Position numbers and translations under genes: made by a program | Assembly: GCA_027557655.1 (NCBI GenBank) | Contig: CP064915.1 | Coordinates: forward strand, 719,808-783,807 | Source of the DNA: Candidatus Kinetoplastidibacterium crithidiae | Lineage (GTDB): Bacteria > Pseudomonadota > Gammaproteobacteria > Burkholderiales > Burkholderiaceae_B | DNA: 64,000 nucleotides | Direction of reading: 5' to 3' | Shown: positions 30,775 through 42,277 of the stretch, one piece after another | Layout: each line of letters starts with the position of its first letter | Numbering within the stretch: the first letter of the stretch is position 1 | The notes under the pieces: generated by a model | Databases searched by the model: none | Told to the model about the DNA's origin: nothing | The model's input: the letters and a program-made list of their open reading frames with translations, nothing else

Positions 30775-31743
30775 ATGGCTTACAGAAATAGTGAAATAAC
30801 AAAAACTATAGAACAGTGGTTACTATATTTAAGTGCTAACTTAAGATATTCTAAGAATACTATTGAGAATTATAGAAGAGATATTACACAACTATGCAAA
30901 ATGCTAGAGTCAAAAGATTTAGACATAAAAGATCTAAGTTCAGAATTAGCTAGAAAATTTATATCACAAAAATATTCTTTAGGACTGGGTGCTAGAGGAC
31001 TAGGTAGAATGATATCATCGTGGAAAAATTTTTATAGATGGTATTCTTTGCAAAACAATATAAATCTAACTCCACTTAATGATATAAAAACTCCTAAAAC
31101 AACAAAAGAACTACCAAAATCTATTTCTGTAGATCAAATGAAATCTTTATTGGATAGTAATTTAGATAAAACGAAAGATACAGATCCAATAGCTATTAGA
31201 GATCAAGCCATATTAGAATTATTTTATTCAAGTGGATTACGCTTATCAGAATTAATCTCCACAGACTTAAAATATACAAAAAATAAAAACTATACTTCTA
31301 AAAGCTGGATTTATATGGATCGTGCAGAAATTATAGTTTTAGGAAAAGGAAATAAACAACGTATCTTACCAATAGGCAAAACTGCTTTATTTAGTTTAAA
31401 AAAATGGATAGATGTACGAGACAAGTTTATATCTAATAAAACGAGAGAAGAAGATATTCCTGCATTATTTTTAGGCATAAGAGGCCAGAGAATTTCGCCT
31501 AGAGTAATACAAATTCAACTAAAAAAAATATCATTGAGTCTAAATATTCCAGGAAATATATCACCGCATGCTATAAGACATAGTTTTGCTAGTCATTTGC
31601 TACAATCATCACAAGATTTGAGAGCTGTACAAGAACTTCTTGGACATAAAAGCATTACTACTACTCAAATATATACAAAATTAGACTTTCAACATTTATC
31701 ATCTATATATGACAAAACTCATCCAAGGGCAAAAAAATCATAA
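30775..31743 (+). CDS. xerC: tyrosine recombinase XerC
   Basis: ELFYSSGLRLSEL and HAIRHSFASHLL...LLGHKSITTTQIYT (R-H-R-Y). Directly downstream of dapF, as xerC usually is. Confidence 0.85.
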   Translation: MAYRNSEITKTIEQWLLYLSANLRYSKNTIENYRRDITQLCKMLESKDLDIKDLSSELARKFISQKYSLGLGARGLGRMISSWKNFYRWYSLQNNINLTPLNDIKTPKTTKELPKSISVDQMKSLLDSNLDKTKDTDPIAIRDQAILELFYSSGLRLSELISTDLKYTKNKNYTSKSWIYMDRAEIIVLGKGNKQRILPIGKTALFSLKKWIDVRDKFISNKTREEDIPALFLGIRGQRISPRVIQIQLKKISLSLNIPGNISPHAIRHSFASHLLQSSQDLRAVQELLGHKSITTTQIYTKLDFQHLSSIYDKTHPRAKKS

Positions 31744-31889
31744 AATTCTAAATAATATTGACGCAAATTTTTCTATAAAATATGCTTACACTTTTTAAAT
31801 AAATTAAATAATTGCTACTAAAAGATTTTAATTACATAAAGCATATAATAATTTAATTACTTTCAAACAAGACATACTAATTAATAAGT

Positions 31890-32933
31890 ATGTTTATGTC
31901 GATTAGGAACATGTTTATGACCCCAGCAGAAAAATTACAAAGCATTATACCTGTGACAATTATTACAGGATTTCTAGGTGCTGGTAAAACAACACTATTA
32001 AATAAAATTTTATCAACAAAACATGGACTAAAATTAGCAGTAATAGAAAATGAATTCGGATCAGAAAATATAGATAATGAAATTCTTGTTCAAAACAATA
32101 ATGAAGAAATCATAGAATTATCTAATGGTTGCGTATGCTGTACAATACGAGGAGATATGGTAGAAACGTTATCAAATCTTCACAAGAAACTACAAACAAA
32201 ACAAATAAATTTTGATCGTGTAATAATTGAAACAACAGGATTAGCAGATCCAGGGCCATTATGTCAGACTTTTTTTATAGATGATTATATTGCAAAGCAT
32301 TACATGTTAGATGCAATAATAACATTAGTAGATGCTAAACATGCTCCAAAAACTCTTGATGAACAAATAGAATCTCAAAAACAGATAGGCTTTGCTGATA
32401 TCATATTAATTTCTAAATGCGATCTTGTATCAGAAGAAGAATTATTCAAATTAAAAACACGTTTAATTCATATAAATCCAAGAGCCACTATCAAAAAATT
32501 ATTATTAGACTCTATTGATATAGCATCAATTCTTAACATAAGTGGTTTTAATCTAGACGACATATTAAATATAGATCCACAGTTTTTAAATCAAGAACAT
32601 CATGAATGTACTGAAAAATGTAATCATCATCACGATGATATTATTTCCTTCACATTTTACAGTGATAAAGCATTTGATTCAGAAAAACTAGAAAAATTCT
32701 TATCACAAATATCACAAGAATTTGGTCCTGACATGTTGCGATACAAAGGTATTTTATATATAAAAGGATTAGATAACCGAATTCTTTTTCAAGGAGTACA
32801 TATGCTAATGGGTGCCGAACCTGGCAAACCATGGAAAAAATCAGAAAAACCAAATACTAAAATGGTATTTATAGGAAGAAAACTGCCTAGAGAATTATTT
32901 ATACATGGGTTAGAATTATGCACCGTGAAGTAA
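31890..32933 (+). CDS. COG0523 (CobW/YjiA/ZigA-like) G3E GTPase, putative zinc metallochaperone
   Basis: P-loop GFLGAGKTTLLN, metal motif GCVCCT and His/Cys-rich insert EHHECTEKCNHHHDD. The start is ambiguous among four ATGs (31890-31917). Confidence 0.8.
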   Translation: MFMSIRNMFMTPAEKLQSIIPVTIITGFLGAGKTTLLNKILSTKHGLKLAVIENEFGSENIDNEILVQNNNEEIIELSNGCVCCTIRGDMVETLSNLHKKLQTKQINFDRVIIETTGLADPGPLCQTFFIDDYIAKHYMLDAIITLVDAKHAPKTLDEQIESQKQIGFADIILISKCDLVSEEELFKLKTRLIHINPRATIKKLLLDSIDIASILNISGFNLDDILNIDPQFLNQEHHECTEKCNHHHDDIISFTFYSDKAFDSEKLEKFLSQISQEFGPDMLRYKGILYIKGLDNRILFQGVHMLMGAEPGKPWKKSEKPNTKMVFIGRKLPRELFIHGLELCTVK

Positions 32934-33002
32934 ATAGCATGATAGCTTTAAATTTCTCAATTTATAACAGGTGATAATGGTAATCTATGGTGGAGTATTT
33001 AT

Positions 33003-33467
33003 ATGACAACAAATAAAATAAACAATATAAAATCTAATACTTTTACAAGTAATATAAATAATTTTAGCGAAAAAGATATATTAGATATGCCTGAAGAAGC
33101 ATATATGAATGAAATTCAACTTGCTTTCTTTAAACAAAAACTACAATCCTTGGAACAAGAGATTTTATTAAAAGCAGAAGCAACTACGGAATATCTTAGA
33201 GAGACACAATTTGTACCTGATCCTGCAGATCGTGCAACTATAGAAGAAGAACACGCATTAGAATTAAAAAGTAGAGATAGAGAGAGAAAACTCTTAAAAA
33301 AAATACAAAAAGCTATAGAATTGATTAATAATGGTGAATATGGCTGGTGTGAAGAAACTGGAGAACCCATAGGAATACCTAGACTACTAGCACGACCTAC
33401 AGCAACATTATCTATAGAAGCACAAGAGCGAAGAGAAATGCGTCAAAAATTATATGGAGAACAATAA
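33003..33467 (+). CDS. dksA: RNA polymerase-binding transcription factor DksA (Cys4 zinc finger not conserved)
   Basis: Coiled-coil with the DxxDxA tip ([12 protein letters not shown]). The C-terminal region [28 protein letters not shown] is colinear with E. coli [25 protein letters not shown]. Confidence 0.85.
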   Translation: MTTNKINNIKSNTFTSNINNFSEKDILDMPEEAYMNEIQLAFFKQKLQSLEQEILLKAEATTEYLRETQFVPDPADRATIEEEHALELKSRDRERKLLKKIQKAIELINNGEYGWCEETGEPIGIPRLLARPTATLSIEAQERREMRQKLYGEQ

Positions 33468-33510
33468 AAATATTTATCAAAATAGACAAAAATATAACAA
33501 GGATATTCTA

Positions 33511-34044
33511 ATGGAAAATTTTCATGCTACTACCATAGTATGTGTTAGAAGAAAAAATCAAGTATCTATAGGAGGTGATGGACAAGTTACCATGGGTAAT
33601 ATTGTTGTAAAGAGTACAGCCAAAAAGATACGCCGATTATATAGAGATAAAATATTAACGGGATTTGCAGGAGCAACTTCTGATGCATTTACTTTACAAG
33701 AATTATTCGAAACAAAACTAGAGAAATATTCTGGTAATCTGACTCGTTCTGCAGTAGAAATGACTAAAGAATGGCGTACTGATAAATTTCTTAGAAAATT
33801 AGAGGCTATGTTAATAGTTGCAGATGATACAAAAACTTTTATTCTCACAGGTAATGGAGATGTTCTCGAGCCAGAATATGGTCTAGCTACAGTAGGTTCA
33901 GGAGGACCATATGCACATGCCTCTGCTCTAGCATTACTACGAAATACTGACTTATCTCCTAAAGAGATAGTTAAAAAATCATTAGAAATAGCAAGCGACC
34001 TTTGCATTTATACAAATAATAATCATATTATTGAAACTTTATAG
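33511..34044 (+). CDS. hslV: ATP-dependent protease subunit HslV
   Basis: Start moved to ATG 33511 so that the catalytic Thr block TTIVCVRR lies near the N-terminus ([10 protein letters not shown]). GGDGQVT and GSGG motifs. Confidence 0.9.
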   Translation: MENFHATTIVCVRRKNQVSIGGDGQVTMGNIVVKSTAKKIRRLYRDKILTGFAGATSDAFTLQELFETKLEKYSGNLTRSAVEMTKEWRTDKFLRKLEAMLIVADDTKTFILTGNGDVLEPEYGLATVGSGGPYAHASALALLRNTDLSPKEIVKKSLEIASDLCIYTNNNHIIETL

Positions 34045-34081
34045 AATAAATATATCTTGCATAAAAAGGAAACCACGTATT

Positions 34082-35428
34082 ATGCCAATATCAGATCATA
34101 GCAACATGACTCCTAAGGAAATTGTTAACCATTTAGACAAACATATCATTGGACAAAACCGTGCAAAACGAGCTGTTGCTATAGCTCTAAGAAATCGCTG
34201 GCGTCGTCAACAAGTTATTAAAGAATTACGTCAAGAAATATATCCAAAAAATATTCTTATGATTGGTCCAACTGGAGTTGGAAAAACAGAAATAGCTAGA
34301 AGACTCTCTCAATTATCTAATGCTCCATTCATAAAAATAGAAGCAACAAAGTTTACTGAAGTTGGTTATGTAGGCAGAGATGTTGATACTATAATTAGAG
34401 ATTTGGTAGAAAAAGCTATTAAACAATCAAAAGAAAGTGAAATGGATTCTATAAAAATAATAGCAGAAGAAGCTGCTGAAGAGAGAATCCTAGATATATT
34501 AGTCCCACCACCAAATAGGAAAGATGAGGAAGAAAAAATATTAACAGATAACAACAATACTCGTCAGACATTCAGAAAAAGATTAAGAGAAGGGAAACTT
34601 GACGAACTTGAAATAGAAATACCAGTTCCTGTCTCTGTCTCAAATTTTGATATAATGACTCCTCCTGGTATGGAAGAAATGGCTGATCAGTTAAAAAATA
34701 TATTTGCTGGTATTAGCCAAGATAAGAAAAAAAATAAAAAAATGAAAGTTATAAATGCAATGAAGATTATGGTTGAAGAAGAATCTAACAAAAGAATCAA
34801 TAATGAAGAAATAAAATCCAAAGCAATTACGAATGTAGAACAAAATGGCATAGTATTCTTAGATGAGATTGATAAAATAGCGACTAAACATGGTTCTGAT
34901 AATATTGAGGTATCTCGTCATGGAGTGCAAAGAGATCTGCTCCCACTAGTAGAAGGAACTACTGTTAACACGCGTTATGGTTCAATAAAAACAGACCATA
35001 TATTATTTATTGCATCGGGTGCTTTTCATTTATCAAAACCGTCTGATCTAATTCCTGAATTACAAGGCAGGTTCCCTATAAGAGTAGAATTAGACTCCTT
35101 ATCAATAGAAGATTTTGTACATATACTCAGAGATACCGATGCGTCACTAACCAAACAATATCTTGCACTCATGAAAACAGAAGGTATCGAAATAATATTT
35201 ACAGAAGAAGGAATAAATAAAATTGCAGAAATAGCATTCTATGTTAATGAGAAAAATGAAAACATAGGAGCAAGAAGATTATATACTGTAATGGAAAAAC
35301 TTCTTGAAAATATTTCTTTTGAAGCTCCTTCTTTAAAAGATAAGAATATAACAATAGATGCTAATTTTGTTAAAGAACAATTAGGAGATATAGTCTCAAA
35401 AGAAGATTTAGCATCTTTTATTCTGTAA
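34082..35428 (+). CDS. hslU: ATP-dependent protease ATPase subunit HslU
   Basis: [31 protein letters not shown] and [10 protein letters not shown]. Start set to ATG 34082 after an AAGGA. Confidence 0.9.
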   Translation: MPISDHSNMTPKEIVNHLDKHIIGQNRAKRAVAIALRNRWRRQQVIKELRQEIYPKNILMIGPTGVGKTEIARRLSQLSNAPFIKIEATKFTEVGYVGRDVDTIIRDLVEKAIKQSKESEMDSIKIIAEEAAEERILDILVPPPNRKDEEEKILTDNNNTRQTFRKRLREGKLDELEIEIPVPVSVSNFDIMTPPGMEEMADQLKNIFAGISQDKKKNKKMKVINAMKIMVEEESNKRINNEEIKSKAITNVEQNGIVFLDEIDKIATKHGSDNIEVSRHGVQRDLLPLVEGTTVNTRYGSIKTDHILFIASGAFHLSKPSDLIPELQGRFPIRVELDSLSIEDFVHILRDTDASLTKQYLALMKTEGIEIIFTEEGINKIAEIAFYVNEKNENIGARRLYTVMEKLLENISFEAPSLKDKNITIDANFVKEQLGDIVSKEDLASFIL

Positions 35429-35454
35429 ATAAAACTTCAAATATTTTTAATCCA

Positions 35455-35484
35455 GCTAGCGTTACAATACCCTCTCCCGCTAGC
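35455..35484. terminator. GC-rich hairpin in the convergent hslU / ybeD-like gap (possible bidirectional terminator)
   Basis: GCTAGCG (35455-35461) pairs with CGCTAGC (35478-35484) around a 16-nt loop. It is the only GC-rich patch in this spacer, but no clear U-tract follows. Confidence 0.3.
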
Positions 35485-35498
35485 AATTAAAAGATTTA

Positions 35499-35756
35499 TC
35501 AAATAACAAATCTGACCAATGGAATATTATTCAATTCATTGTAAATTTTAATAAAATACTCTCTTGAAGTTATATAAACATTTAACGTAATACTAATATA
35601 TTTCCTAGACTTACTAAAATTAATATCAATTTTATCATCAAAAACAACTCTCAAATTATTTAATGATTCTATAATTTTTTTACTAAAATCATCATGATTA
35701 CATCCTATTATCTTTATAGGAAAATAATTTGGATAATGACTACTAAAATTCCTCAT
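35499..35756 (-). CDS. DUF493 / YbeD-like protein
   Basis: 85 aa, YPNYFPIKIIG pattern. Immediately downstream of the DD-carboxypeptidase, as ybeD follows dacA in E. coli. Confidence 0.7.
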   Translation of the reverse strand: MRNFSSHYPNYFPIKIIGCNHDDFSKKIIESLNNLRVVFDDKIDINFSKSRKYISITLNVYITSREYFIKIYNELNNIPLVRFVI

Positions 35757-35762
35757 AGCTAT

Positions 35763-37001
35763 TTATCTAAAGAATGATTTGGAAGCTATCCATCTTTTCA
35801 TATAATCTATAGATATTCGTAACAAACCAGCTTTATTTACGTTTTGCAATGAAACTATAGGGACAACTTTTAAAATATTATTATCGATAGTAAACTGTAG
35901 ATTACCAACCAACTGACCTTTTTGCAAAGGAGCAATAAGAGGGTCTATACGTTCAACAATAAACTTTATATCAGATAAACGACTTCTAGGCACTGTCAAC
36001 CAAACTCTATCAACAGGACCTAGATTAACTTTATCTACAGTTCCACCCCAAACTTTTGCTTTAATTTGACTTTCATTAGTTTGTTCATTTATAGAAACAG
36101 TATCAAAATTTTGAAAACCCCAATTCAATAACTTCAAGCTCTCTTCTGTTCTAGTGGATTCACTATTAGCGCCCAATAGAACAACTAACATACGCCTATC
36201 TCCACGTATAGCTGTTGCAACAAGACAATATCCGGCAGAATCTGTATACCCTGTTTTTAAACCATCAACAGAACTATCAGACCACAATAATCTATTACGA
36301 TTAGTCTGCAAAATATTATTATATTTAAATTCTTTCTGTTTATAATAGTGTAGGAAATTTGAATGATCTTTAATCATTCTTATAGCCAATAAAGATAAAT
36401 CCCTTGCTGTTGTTATGTGATTAGTTTCAGGTAAACCTGTAGAATTCATAAAATTACTATTGCTCATACCAAGATATTTAGCTTCTTGATTCATGAGAGC
36501 TACAAAAGAATCTTCATCACCACTAACTGACTCTGCTAAAGCTATAGAAGCATCATTACCTGACTGAACTATCACTCCCTGCAATAACTCATGAATAGAC
36601 ACTCTAGTTTTAGGCTCTATAAACATTCTAGATCCGCCGGTTTTCCATGCCTTATCTGATGGCACTACACTTTGATCTAAATCTAAACGTTTATCATGCA
36701 AAGCATTAAATGCTAAATATGACGTCATAATTTTTGTAAGTGAGGCTGGCTCCAATTTTACATCAGGATTGTATGATGATAAAACCTGCTCACTATTCAC
36801 ATCAACTACGATCCATGACTTGGCGGCTATCTTAGGAACTGGTAACCTAGAAACATCAACTACTGGTACAGCCAACCTATTAGCGTCTCCAGAAATAGAT
36901 ATAACAGATGTACGGTTCTCTAACTCTGTATCAGAAGAAAAAGACACACTACAGATAAAAAACGAAATGATAAAAAATGCTAATCTCAATAATAAATTCA
37001 T
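35763..37001 (-). CDS. D-alanyl-D-alanine carboxypeptidase (PBP5/6 type)
   Basis: Signal peptide, SLTKIMT (SxxK), SGN and KTGYT motifs, and a C-terminal PBP5 domain. Confidence 0.85.
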   Translation of the reverse strand: MNLLLRLAFFIISFFICSVSFSSDTELENRTSVISISGDANRLAVPVVDVSRLPVPKIAAKSWIVVDVNSEQVLSSYNPDVKLEPASLTKIMTSYLAFNALHDKRLDLDQSVVPSDKAWKTGGSRMFIEPKTRVSIHELLQGVIVQSGNDASIALAESVSGDEDSFVALMNQEAKYLGMSNSNFMNSTGLPETNHITTARDLSLLAIRMIKDHSNFLHYYKQKEFKYNNILQTNRNRLLWSDSSVDGLKTGYTDSAGYCLVATAIRGDRRMLVVLLGANSESTRTEESLKLLNWGFQNFDTVSINEQTNESQIKAKVWGGTVDKVNLGPVDRVWLTVPRSRLSDIKFIVERIDPLIAPLQKGQLVGNLQFTIDNNILKVVPIVSLQNVNKAGLLRISIDYMKRWIASKSFFR

Positions 37002-37113
37002 CAGATAATTAACTTTAAAAATACATCCTAATTTTTCAAAAAACTAAAACATAATCAAAAATGTTTTAAGTATATTTATAATTACTACTATTAAAAGCTA
37101 ATTTTATTACATT

Positions 37114-37773
37114 TTAATATGAAATAATACTAGACTTCAGATAAATAGATACCATTTCACGCAATAATAATAATTTTCCATGAAAAAAATGAGAACATGA
37201 TGGAATCATAATAATTGGTATAGATCTTGGCCGAGCCCAATCCAACATTTCATTAAAAGGCACAACTTCATCTGTTTCACCATGAATTATTATGGTCTTC
37301 TCTGGAAGATGAATTTCACTAAATTGGAAACGTTGTACAGCAGAGCCAATAAGCATCAAAAACTTTATATTAAAATATTTATTATCATTATATAACTTTG
37401 AATACAATTGTGCAGCAACAGCAGATCCAAATGAAAACCCAAAAAGGAAGCAGGGCAATTCAGAAAAATCTGGATAGATAGCAATAATTTGCTGCATCAG
37501 AGCACTCATATCACTAGTCTCACCTACACCATTATCAAAAGAACCATCTGAATCACCAACACCCCTAAAATTAGGCCTGACTGCTACAATACCTTGTCTT
37601 AAACACTCTCTAGAAATCGTTGTTATTACTTTATTATTACGATTGCCACCATATAATGGGTGAGGATGTAATATCAAGGCCCAACCAAGAATTTTATGTT
37701 CAGGTAATTCAATTGCGCAATCAACTAATCCAGCAGAACCAATTAATTTCTTTATTGTTGTATTAATCAGCAT
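37114..37773 (-). CDS. alpha/beta-fold hydrolase (COG2945-like)
   Basis: HPHPLYGGNRNNKV and nucleophile elbow GFSFGS. 219 aa. Confidence 0.6.
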   Translation of the reverse strand: MLINTTIKKLIGSAGLVDCAIELPEHKILGWALILHPHPLYGGNRNNKVITTISRECLRQGIVAVRPNFRGVGDSDGSFDNGVGETSDMSALMQQIIAIYPDFSELPCFLFGFSFGSAVAAQLYSKLYNDNKYFNIKFLMLIGSAVQRFQFSEIHLPEKTIIIHGETDEVVPFNEMLDWARPRSIPIIMIPSCSHFFHGKLLLLREMVSIYLKSSIISY

Positions 37774-38018
37774 AAATATAAAAGTCCAAAAACGTTGTAA
37801 TTTGTATTAAAATAAAGATAAATTTACTATTTAATAAGTTTATCTCAACTTCATATGAGAGAATATCTTTTTTCATTATCTTTCTAAGAAGCAAATAAAA
37901 TTTGGCATTTCTTTAGAAAATCTATAACGAATAAATAATATCTTTAATATCATCTAATTCTTTAAATTGTCAGAATTTTTACCAAGATAGTTTACATAGA
38001 CATTTAAATTGCAAAAAT

Positions 38019-38828
38019 ATGTTACAAATTTTGAAAAAAAACTTACCAATGTTTCATAATATTGAGTGGACTGAATCAATAGATTCTACTAACACAAGCT
38101 TAATAAAAAAAATAAAAGCGAATTATATCAAAACACCCTATTTAGAAGGAACTAACAACCAATTTGCTGGCAGAGGAAGACAAGGAAAAAAATGGATAAG
38201 CAATAATGATCTAACATTTTCTTGTGCTTTTAATATTAAAATTCATTCTATTAATTTGCCATCAATTGCTATTGTAGCAGGAATAAGTGCTTGTGAGTCA
38301 CTAAGAGAATTAGTATGTGATAATAATGCATGCCTAACACTAAAATGGCCAAATGATATTCAATGGAGCAACAAAAAAGTCTCTGGAATACTAGTAGAAA
38401 CAATTAAAGATCATAAAAGAGATAATTGTTACTTTGCGATAATAGGTATAGGTATTAATTTAAATAAATCGATTGATAAGTCAACTGATCTTAATAGGCC
38501 GATAACTGATTTATCTGAAATAACTAATCAATCTATTATTAACCGTGAAAAAATTATAAAGATAATAACTACAATATCAGAATCATGGTACAAAGATATA
38601 TCTATTTTGGAAAAAAATGGTTTACAAGATTTCCATGAACGATTCAAGAAAATTGATTATTTATTTGGGAAGAGAATCAAAATTGAGAAAGAAAACAAAA
38701 TGATCCAAGATGGAATAGCAAATGGTATAGATCAATTTGGACATCTAACCTTGAAGACAATATCTGGTGTAAAATCATTATATCCTGATAATATATCTAT
38801 TTACTATAAAAATGATTGTTCTGATTGA
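38019..38828 (+). CDS. birA: biotin--[acetyl-CoA-carboxylase] ligase (no N-terminal HTH)
   Basis: GRGRQGKKW motif. 269 aa, so too short to carry the repressor domain. Confidence 0.8.
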   Translation: MLQILKKNLPMFHNIEWTESIDSTNTSLIKKIKANYIKTPYLEGTNNQFAGRGRQGKKWISNNDLTFSCAFNIKIHSINLPSIAIVAGISACESLRELVCDNNACLTLKWPNDIQWSNKKVSGILVETIKDHKRDNCYFAIIGIGINLNKSIDKSTDLNRPITDLSEITNQSIINREKIIKIITTISESWYKDISILEKNGLQDFHERFKKIDYLFGKRIKIEKENKMIQDGIANGIDQFGHLTLKTISGVKSLYPDNISIYYKNDCSD

Positions 38829-39609
38829 CTCTGGTAATAGTAGAATAAAAATCGGCTGGCTAGATTATAGAATGAGCATTGCTCATCGTGAACCTCATGC
38901 CGCTATATTTGATAATTTAAATATAAAATCTCTTGGCCAATGGATTATTACCTTACCAAGAACTCCATTATATGCAATTGGGTCTAATGTAGCAGGTAAA
39001 CAAAGAGAATCTATAATTACTCATGAATTAAATTCTATTGGTTGTAAAATAAAATGGATTTCTGCTGAAAAAGAACTATTAGGATTAACTAATAATTACG
39101 AACAACCATTATTATTAGGATCTGATAGATGGGCATCTATGATAGGAGTTCTATCTAGACAATCAAAAGAACACCCTCCTCTTATTGTAGCTAGTTTTGG
39201 TACTGCAACTACTATAGATATAATAAGTCCTGACAATATATTTATAGGAGGCATTATATTACCAGGAACTTTTATGATGAGACAAGCATTAACTAATGGT
39301 ACTGCTAACCTACCAATGACTCATGTTAATACAACAAATTTTCCTACAGATACTGTAAAAGCAATAAATTCTGGTATCGTAGCAGCACAAACAGGAGCAT
39401 TGTTACATCAATATAATGCAGCATTTAATAAATATAAACAAATACCAAAAATTTATGTTACTGGAGGAGTATGGCCAGAATTAGAAACTGAAATTCGTTC
39501 ATTAATAGAGAAAAATAGATTACCTAATCAACAACCAACAAAAATTGATTATTTGGATAGACTAGTTTTAGATGGCCTAGCATGTATCGCCAAACTAGAT
39601 TTTAAATAA
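38812..39609 (+). CDS. coaX: type III pantothenate kinase (Baf-like)
   Basis: MIVLIDSGNSRIKIG and GTATTIDI motifs. Overlaps the birA stop by 17 nt. Confidence 0.85.
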   Translation: MIVLIDSGNSRIKIGWLDYRMSIAHREPHAAIFDNLNIKSLGQWIITLPRTPLYAIGSNVAGKQRESIITHELNSIGCKIKWISAEKELLGLTNNYEQPLLLGSDRWASMIGVLSRQSKEHPPLIVASFGTATTIDIISPDNIFIGGIILPGTFMMRQALTNGTANLPMTHVNTTNFPTDTVKAINSGIVAAQTGALLHQYNAAFNKYKQIPKIYVTGGVWPELETEIRSLIEKNRLPNQQPTKIDYLDRLVLDGLACIAKLDFK

Positions 39610-39839
39610 AATCTATATAATTCCTATTACAAATAACATATCTTAAAACAAGTTGGATAATGATAATCATAAAACTTACTTCTCATTTAATTTATTATGA
39701 TACCCATATATACTATGGTAGTATAATCTCCAAATACCTATCATCTGGTTGAATTTGATACTAATATTATTCCTAATAATCAGTACTCAACAACCAAGAT
39801 GATTTCTTAAAAGGTACTTATAGTATATGCATAATATTA

Positions 39840-41624
39840 TTAACTATCACTATTAATACTAATATGCAATTCTTCCAAATGATTCTCTGCTATTAATGAA
39901 GGGGCCTGTGTTAGTAAGCACTGGGCTCTTTGTGTTTTTGGAAAAGCAATAACATCTCTAATAGACTCAGAGGAAGTAAGTATAGCAACTAGTCTATCCA
40001 AACCAAAGGCAATACCTCCATGAGGAGGAGCTCCATATTGCAAAGCATCTAACAAAAAGCCAAATCTAGCTTTAGCTGTTTCCTCTGTAAAATTTAGCGC
40101 TTTAAATACTTTTTTTTGTATCTCTTCTTTATGAATACGAATAGACCCTCCTCCTATCTCCCATCCATTTAAAACCATATCATATGCTTTGGAAAATACT
40201 TTATTATAAGATCCTTCTTCTAGAAAAATCTCATGTCCATCTTTAGGACTTGTAAAAGGATGATGTATAGCAACATAACGTTTATCATTCTCATCATATT
40301 CAAACATCGGAAAGTCTACAACCCAAAGCGGTTTCCAGTCATTAGTAAACAATCCAGTATCCTTAGCAAATTTGCTATTTCCTATTTTTAATCTCAAGGC
40401 TCCAAGTGCATCATATACAATCTTACTTTTATCTGCACAAAAGAAAATAATATCACCATCTTCAGCTCCAACTCTCTCCATTAATAGATGGAGAGCACTA
40501 TCACAAATATTTTTTATGATAGGTGATTGCATACCATCACGTCCATTATCAAGATTAATAATCTTAATGTAAGCTAACCCACTTGCTCCATATATACCAA
40601 CAAATTTAGTATAACTATCAATATCGCTCCTAGAAATGGAAATGCCACCAGGTACTCTTAAAGCAACGACTTTACCATCAGCATCCGAAGCTACAGAAGA
40701 AAATATTTTAAAATCAACATTTCTAACAATATCTGTAACATTTGATAATTTCAAATTAATACGAAGATCAGGTTTATCTGAGCCATAACAACTCAAGGCC
40801 TCTTCCCATGAAAGCACTGGAAAAGGATCAGGTAAATCAATGTTCTTTAATATTTTAAAAATATTTCTAATCATTTTTTCAAAAATAGAACGAACCTCTT
40901 GCTCATTTGTAAATGATAATTCACAATCAATTTGGGTAAATTCAGGCTGTCTATCAGCACGTAAATCCTCATCACGAAAACATCTCGTAACTTGATAATA
41001 TCTATCAAATCCAGAAACCATTAGCATTTGTTTAAACAATTGTGGAGATTGAGGTAATGCAAAAAAATGACCATCATGAACACGTGAAGGAACTAAATAA
41101 TCACGCGCTCCTTCTGGAGTACTTTTTGTTAAAATAGGAGTTTCAATCTCTATAAATCCAGAGTCATCTAAAAATTTCCTGACTAACTTAGACACATTAT
41201 ATCTAGTCCTTAGATTTGTTTGCATTAATGGTCTTCGCAAATCTAAAACTCTGTTAGAAAGTCTTGTGGTTTCGGATAAGTTGATATCATCTAAATTAAA
41301 AGGTAATGATCTTGCTGAGTTAAAAATTTCTAATTTAACACAATTAATCTCTATATCACCTGATACTAAATCGATATTTTTTGTTCCATCAGGTCTAAAT
41401 CGAACAACACCCTCTACACTAATACAATACTCATTGCGTAGTGTTTCTGCTAAAGAAAAACAAGAATTCTTGGGATCAAAAACTATTTGTATCAACCCAG
41501 TATGATCTCTCAGATCTATAAATATTACCCCTCCATGATCACGACGACGATGAACCCAACCATATAACACAATATTCTGACCAAGAAACTTATTAGAAAC
41601 CTGACCGATATAGCAGCTACGCAT
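39840..41624 (-). CDS. aspS: aspartate--tRNA ligase (probably non-discriminating, given gatCAB)
   Basis: 594 aa. FIDLRD, class II motifs [18 protein letters not shown] and [10 protein letters not shown]. Confidence 0.95.
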   Translation of the reverse strand: MRSCYIGQVSNKFLGQNIVLYGWVHRRRDHGGVIFIDLRDHTGLIQIVFDPKNSCFSLAETLRNEYCISVEGVVRFRPDGTKNIDLVSGDIEINCVKLEIFNSARSLPFNLDDINLSETTRLSNRVLDLRRPLMQTNLRTRYNVSKLVRKFLDDSGFIEIETPILTKSTPEGARDYLVPSRVHDGHFFALPQSPQLFKQMLMVSGFDRYYQVTRCFRDEDLRADRQPEFTQIDCELSFTNEQEVRSIFEKMIRNIFKILKNIDLPDPFPVLSWEEALSCYGSDKPDLRINLKLSNVTDIVRNVDFKIFSSVASDADGKVVALRVPGGISISRSDIDSYTKFVGIYGASGLAYIKIINLDNGRDGMQSPIIKNICDSALHLLMERVGAEDGDIIFFCADKSKIVYDALGALRLKIGNSKFAKDTGLFTNDWKPLWVVDFPMFEYDENDKRYVAIHHPFTSPKDGHEIFLEEGSYNKVFSKAYDMVLNGWEIGGGSIRIHKEEIQKKVFKALNFTEETAKARFGFLLDALQYGAPPHGGIAFGLDRLVAILTSSESIRDVIAFPKTQRAQCLLTQAPSLIAENHLEELHISINSDS

Positions 41625-41665
41625 TACAAAAACTCCATTTTATATTTATATTGACTTACAAATAC

Positions 41666-42262
41666 TTAATCCTTAGGAGCAACTACTCCCATAGATACAA
41701 TATATTTCAAAGCATTATCAACAGTTATATTCAAAGGTATGATTTCCTTTTCATTCACAATCAAAAAATAACCGGATGTAGGATTCGGTGTCGTCGGTAC
41801 ATAAACACTGACATATTTATCAGACAGACCAGATAATAACGAATCCTTAGGAACTCCAGTCAAAAAAGCTATTGTCCAACAAGATTCCCTAGGATATTGT
41901 ATTAAAACAGCCTTCCGAAACGACTGACTCTCCGAAGACAAAATAGTATCACTAACTTGTTTAACAGAATTATATATAGAACGTACCAACGGTATACGTC
42001 CTAATATAAACTCCCAATACTTCAAAATAGTACGTCCAATCAAATTAGCGGCTAATAAACCAGTAATCCAAATCACTATAAATACTAATATCAATTGAAA
42101 CCCTGGTATATTACATCCAAATAGTGACTGTGAAGATAAGAATTTAGGTACAAATGCATCGAGAATACTAACTAATAAATTTAGCACCCATAAAGTAATA
42201 ACCAGGGGAACCCAAATCAATAAACCAGTAATGAAATATTTTTTTAACATGAAAAGTATCAA
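41666..42262 (-). CDS. DUF502 family membrane protein
   Basis: 198 aa, two N-terminal TM segments, RIPLVRSIY and TTPNPTSGY motifs. Confidence 0.7.
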   Translation of the reverse strand: MILFMLKKYFITGLLIWVPLVITLWVLNLLVSILDAFVPKFLSSQSLFGCNIPGFQLILVFIVIWITGLLAANLIGRTILKYWEFILGRIPLVRSIYNSVKQVSDTILSSESQSFRKAVLIQYPRESCWTIAFLTGVPKDSLLSGLSDKYVSVYVPTTPNPTSGYFLIVNEKEIIPLNITVDNALKYIVSMGVVAPKD

Positions 42263-42277
42263 TTTGTAAATAACTGC

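Noticed and set aside
31890-31919. A direct repeat ATGTTTATG...ATGTTTATG at the start of the COG0523 gene, giving four possible in-frame starts.
   Set aside because: It is probably a small duplication or a coincidence, and it only creates start-site ambiguity. No further structure is apparent.
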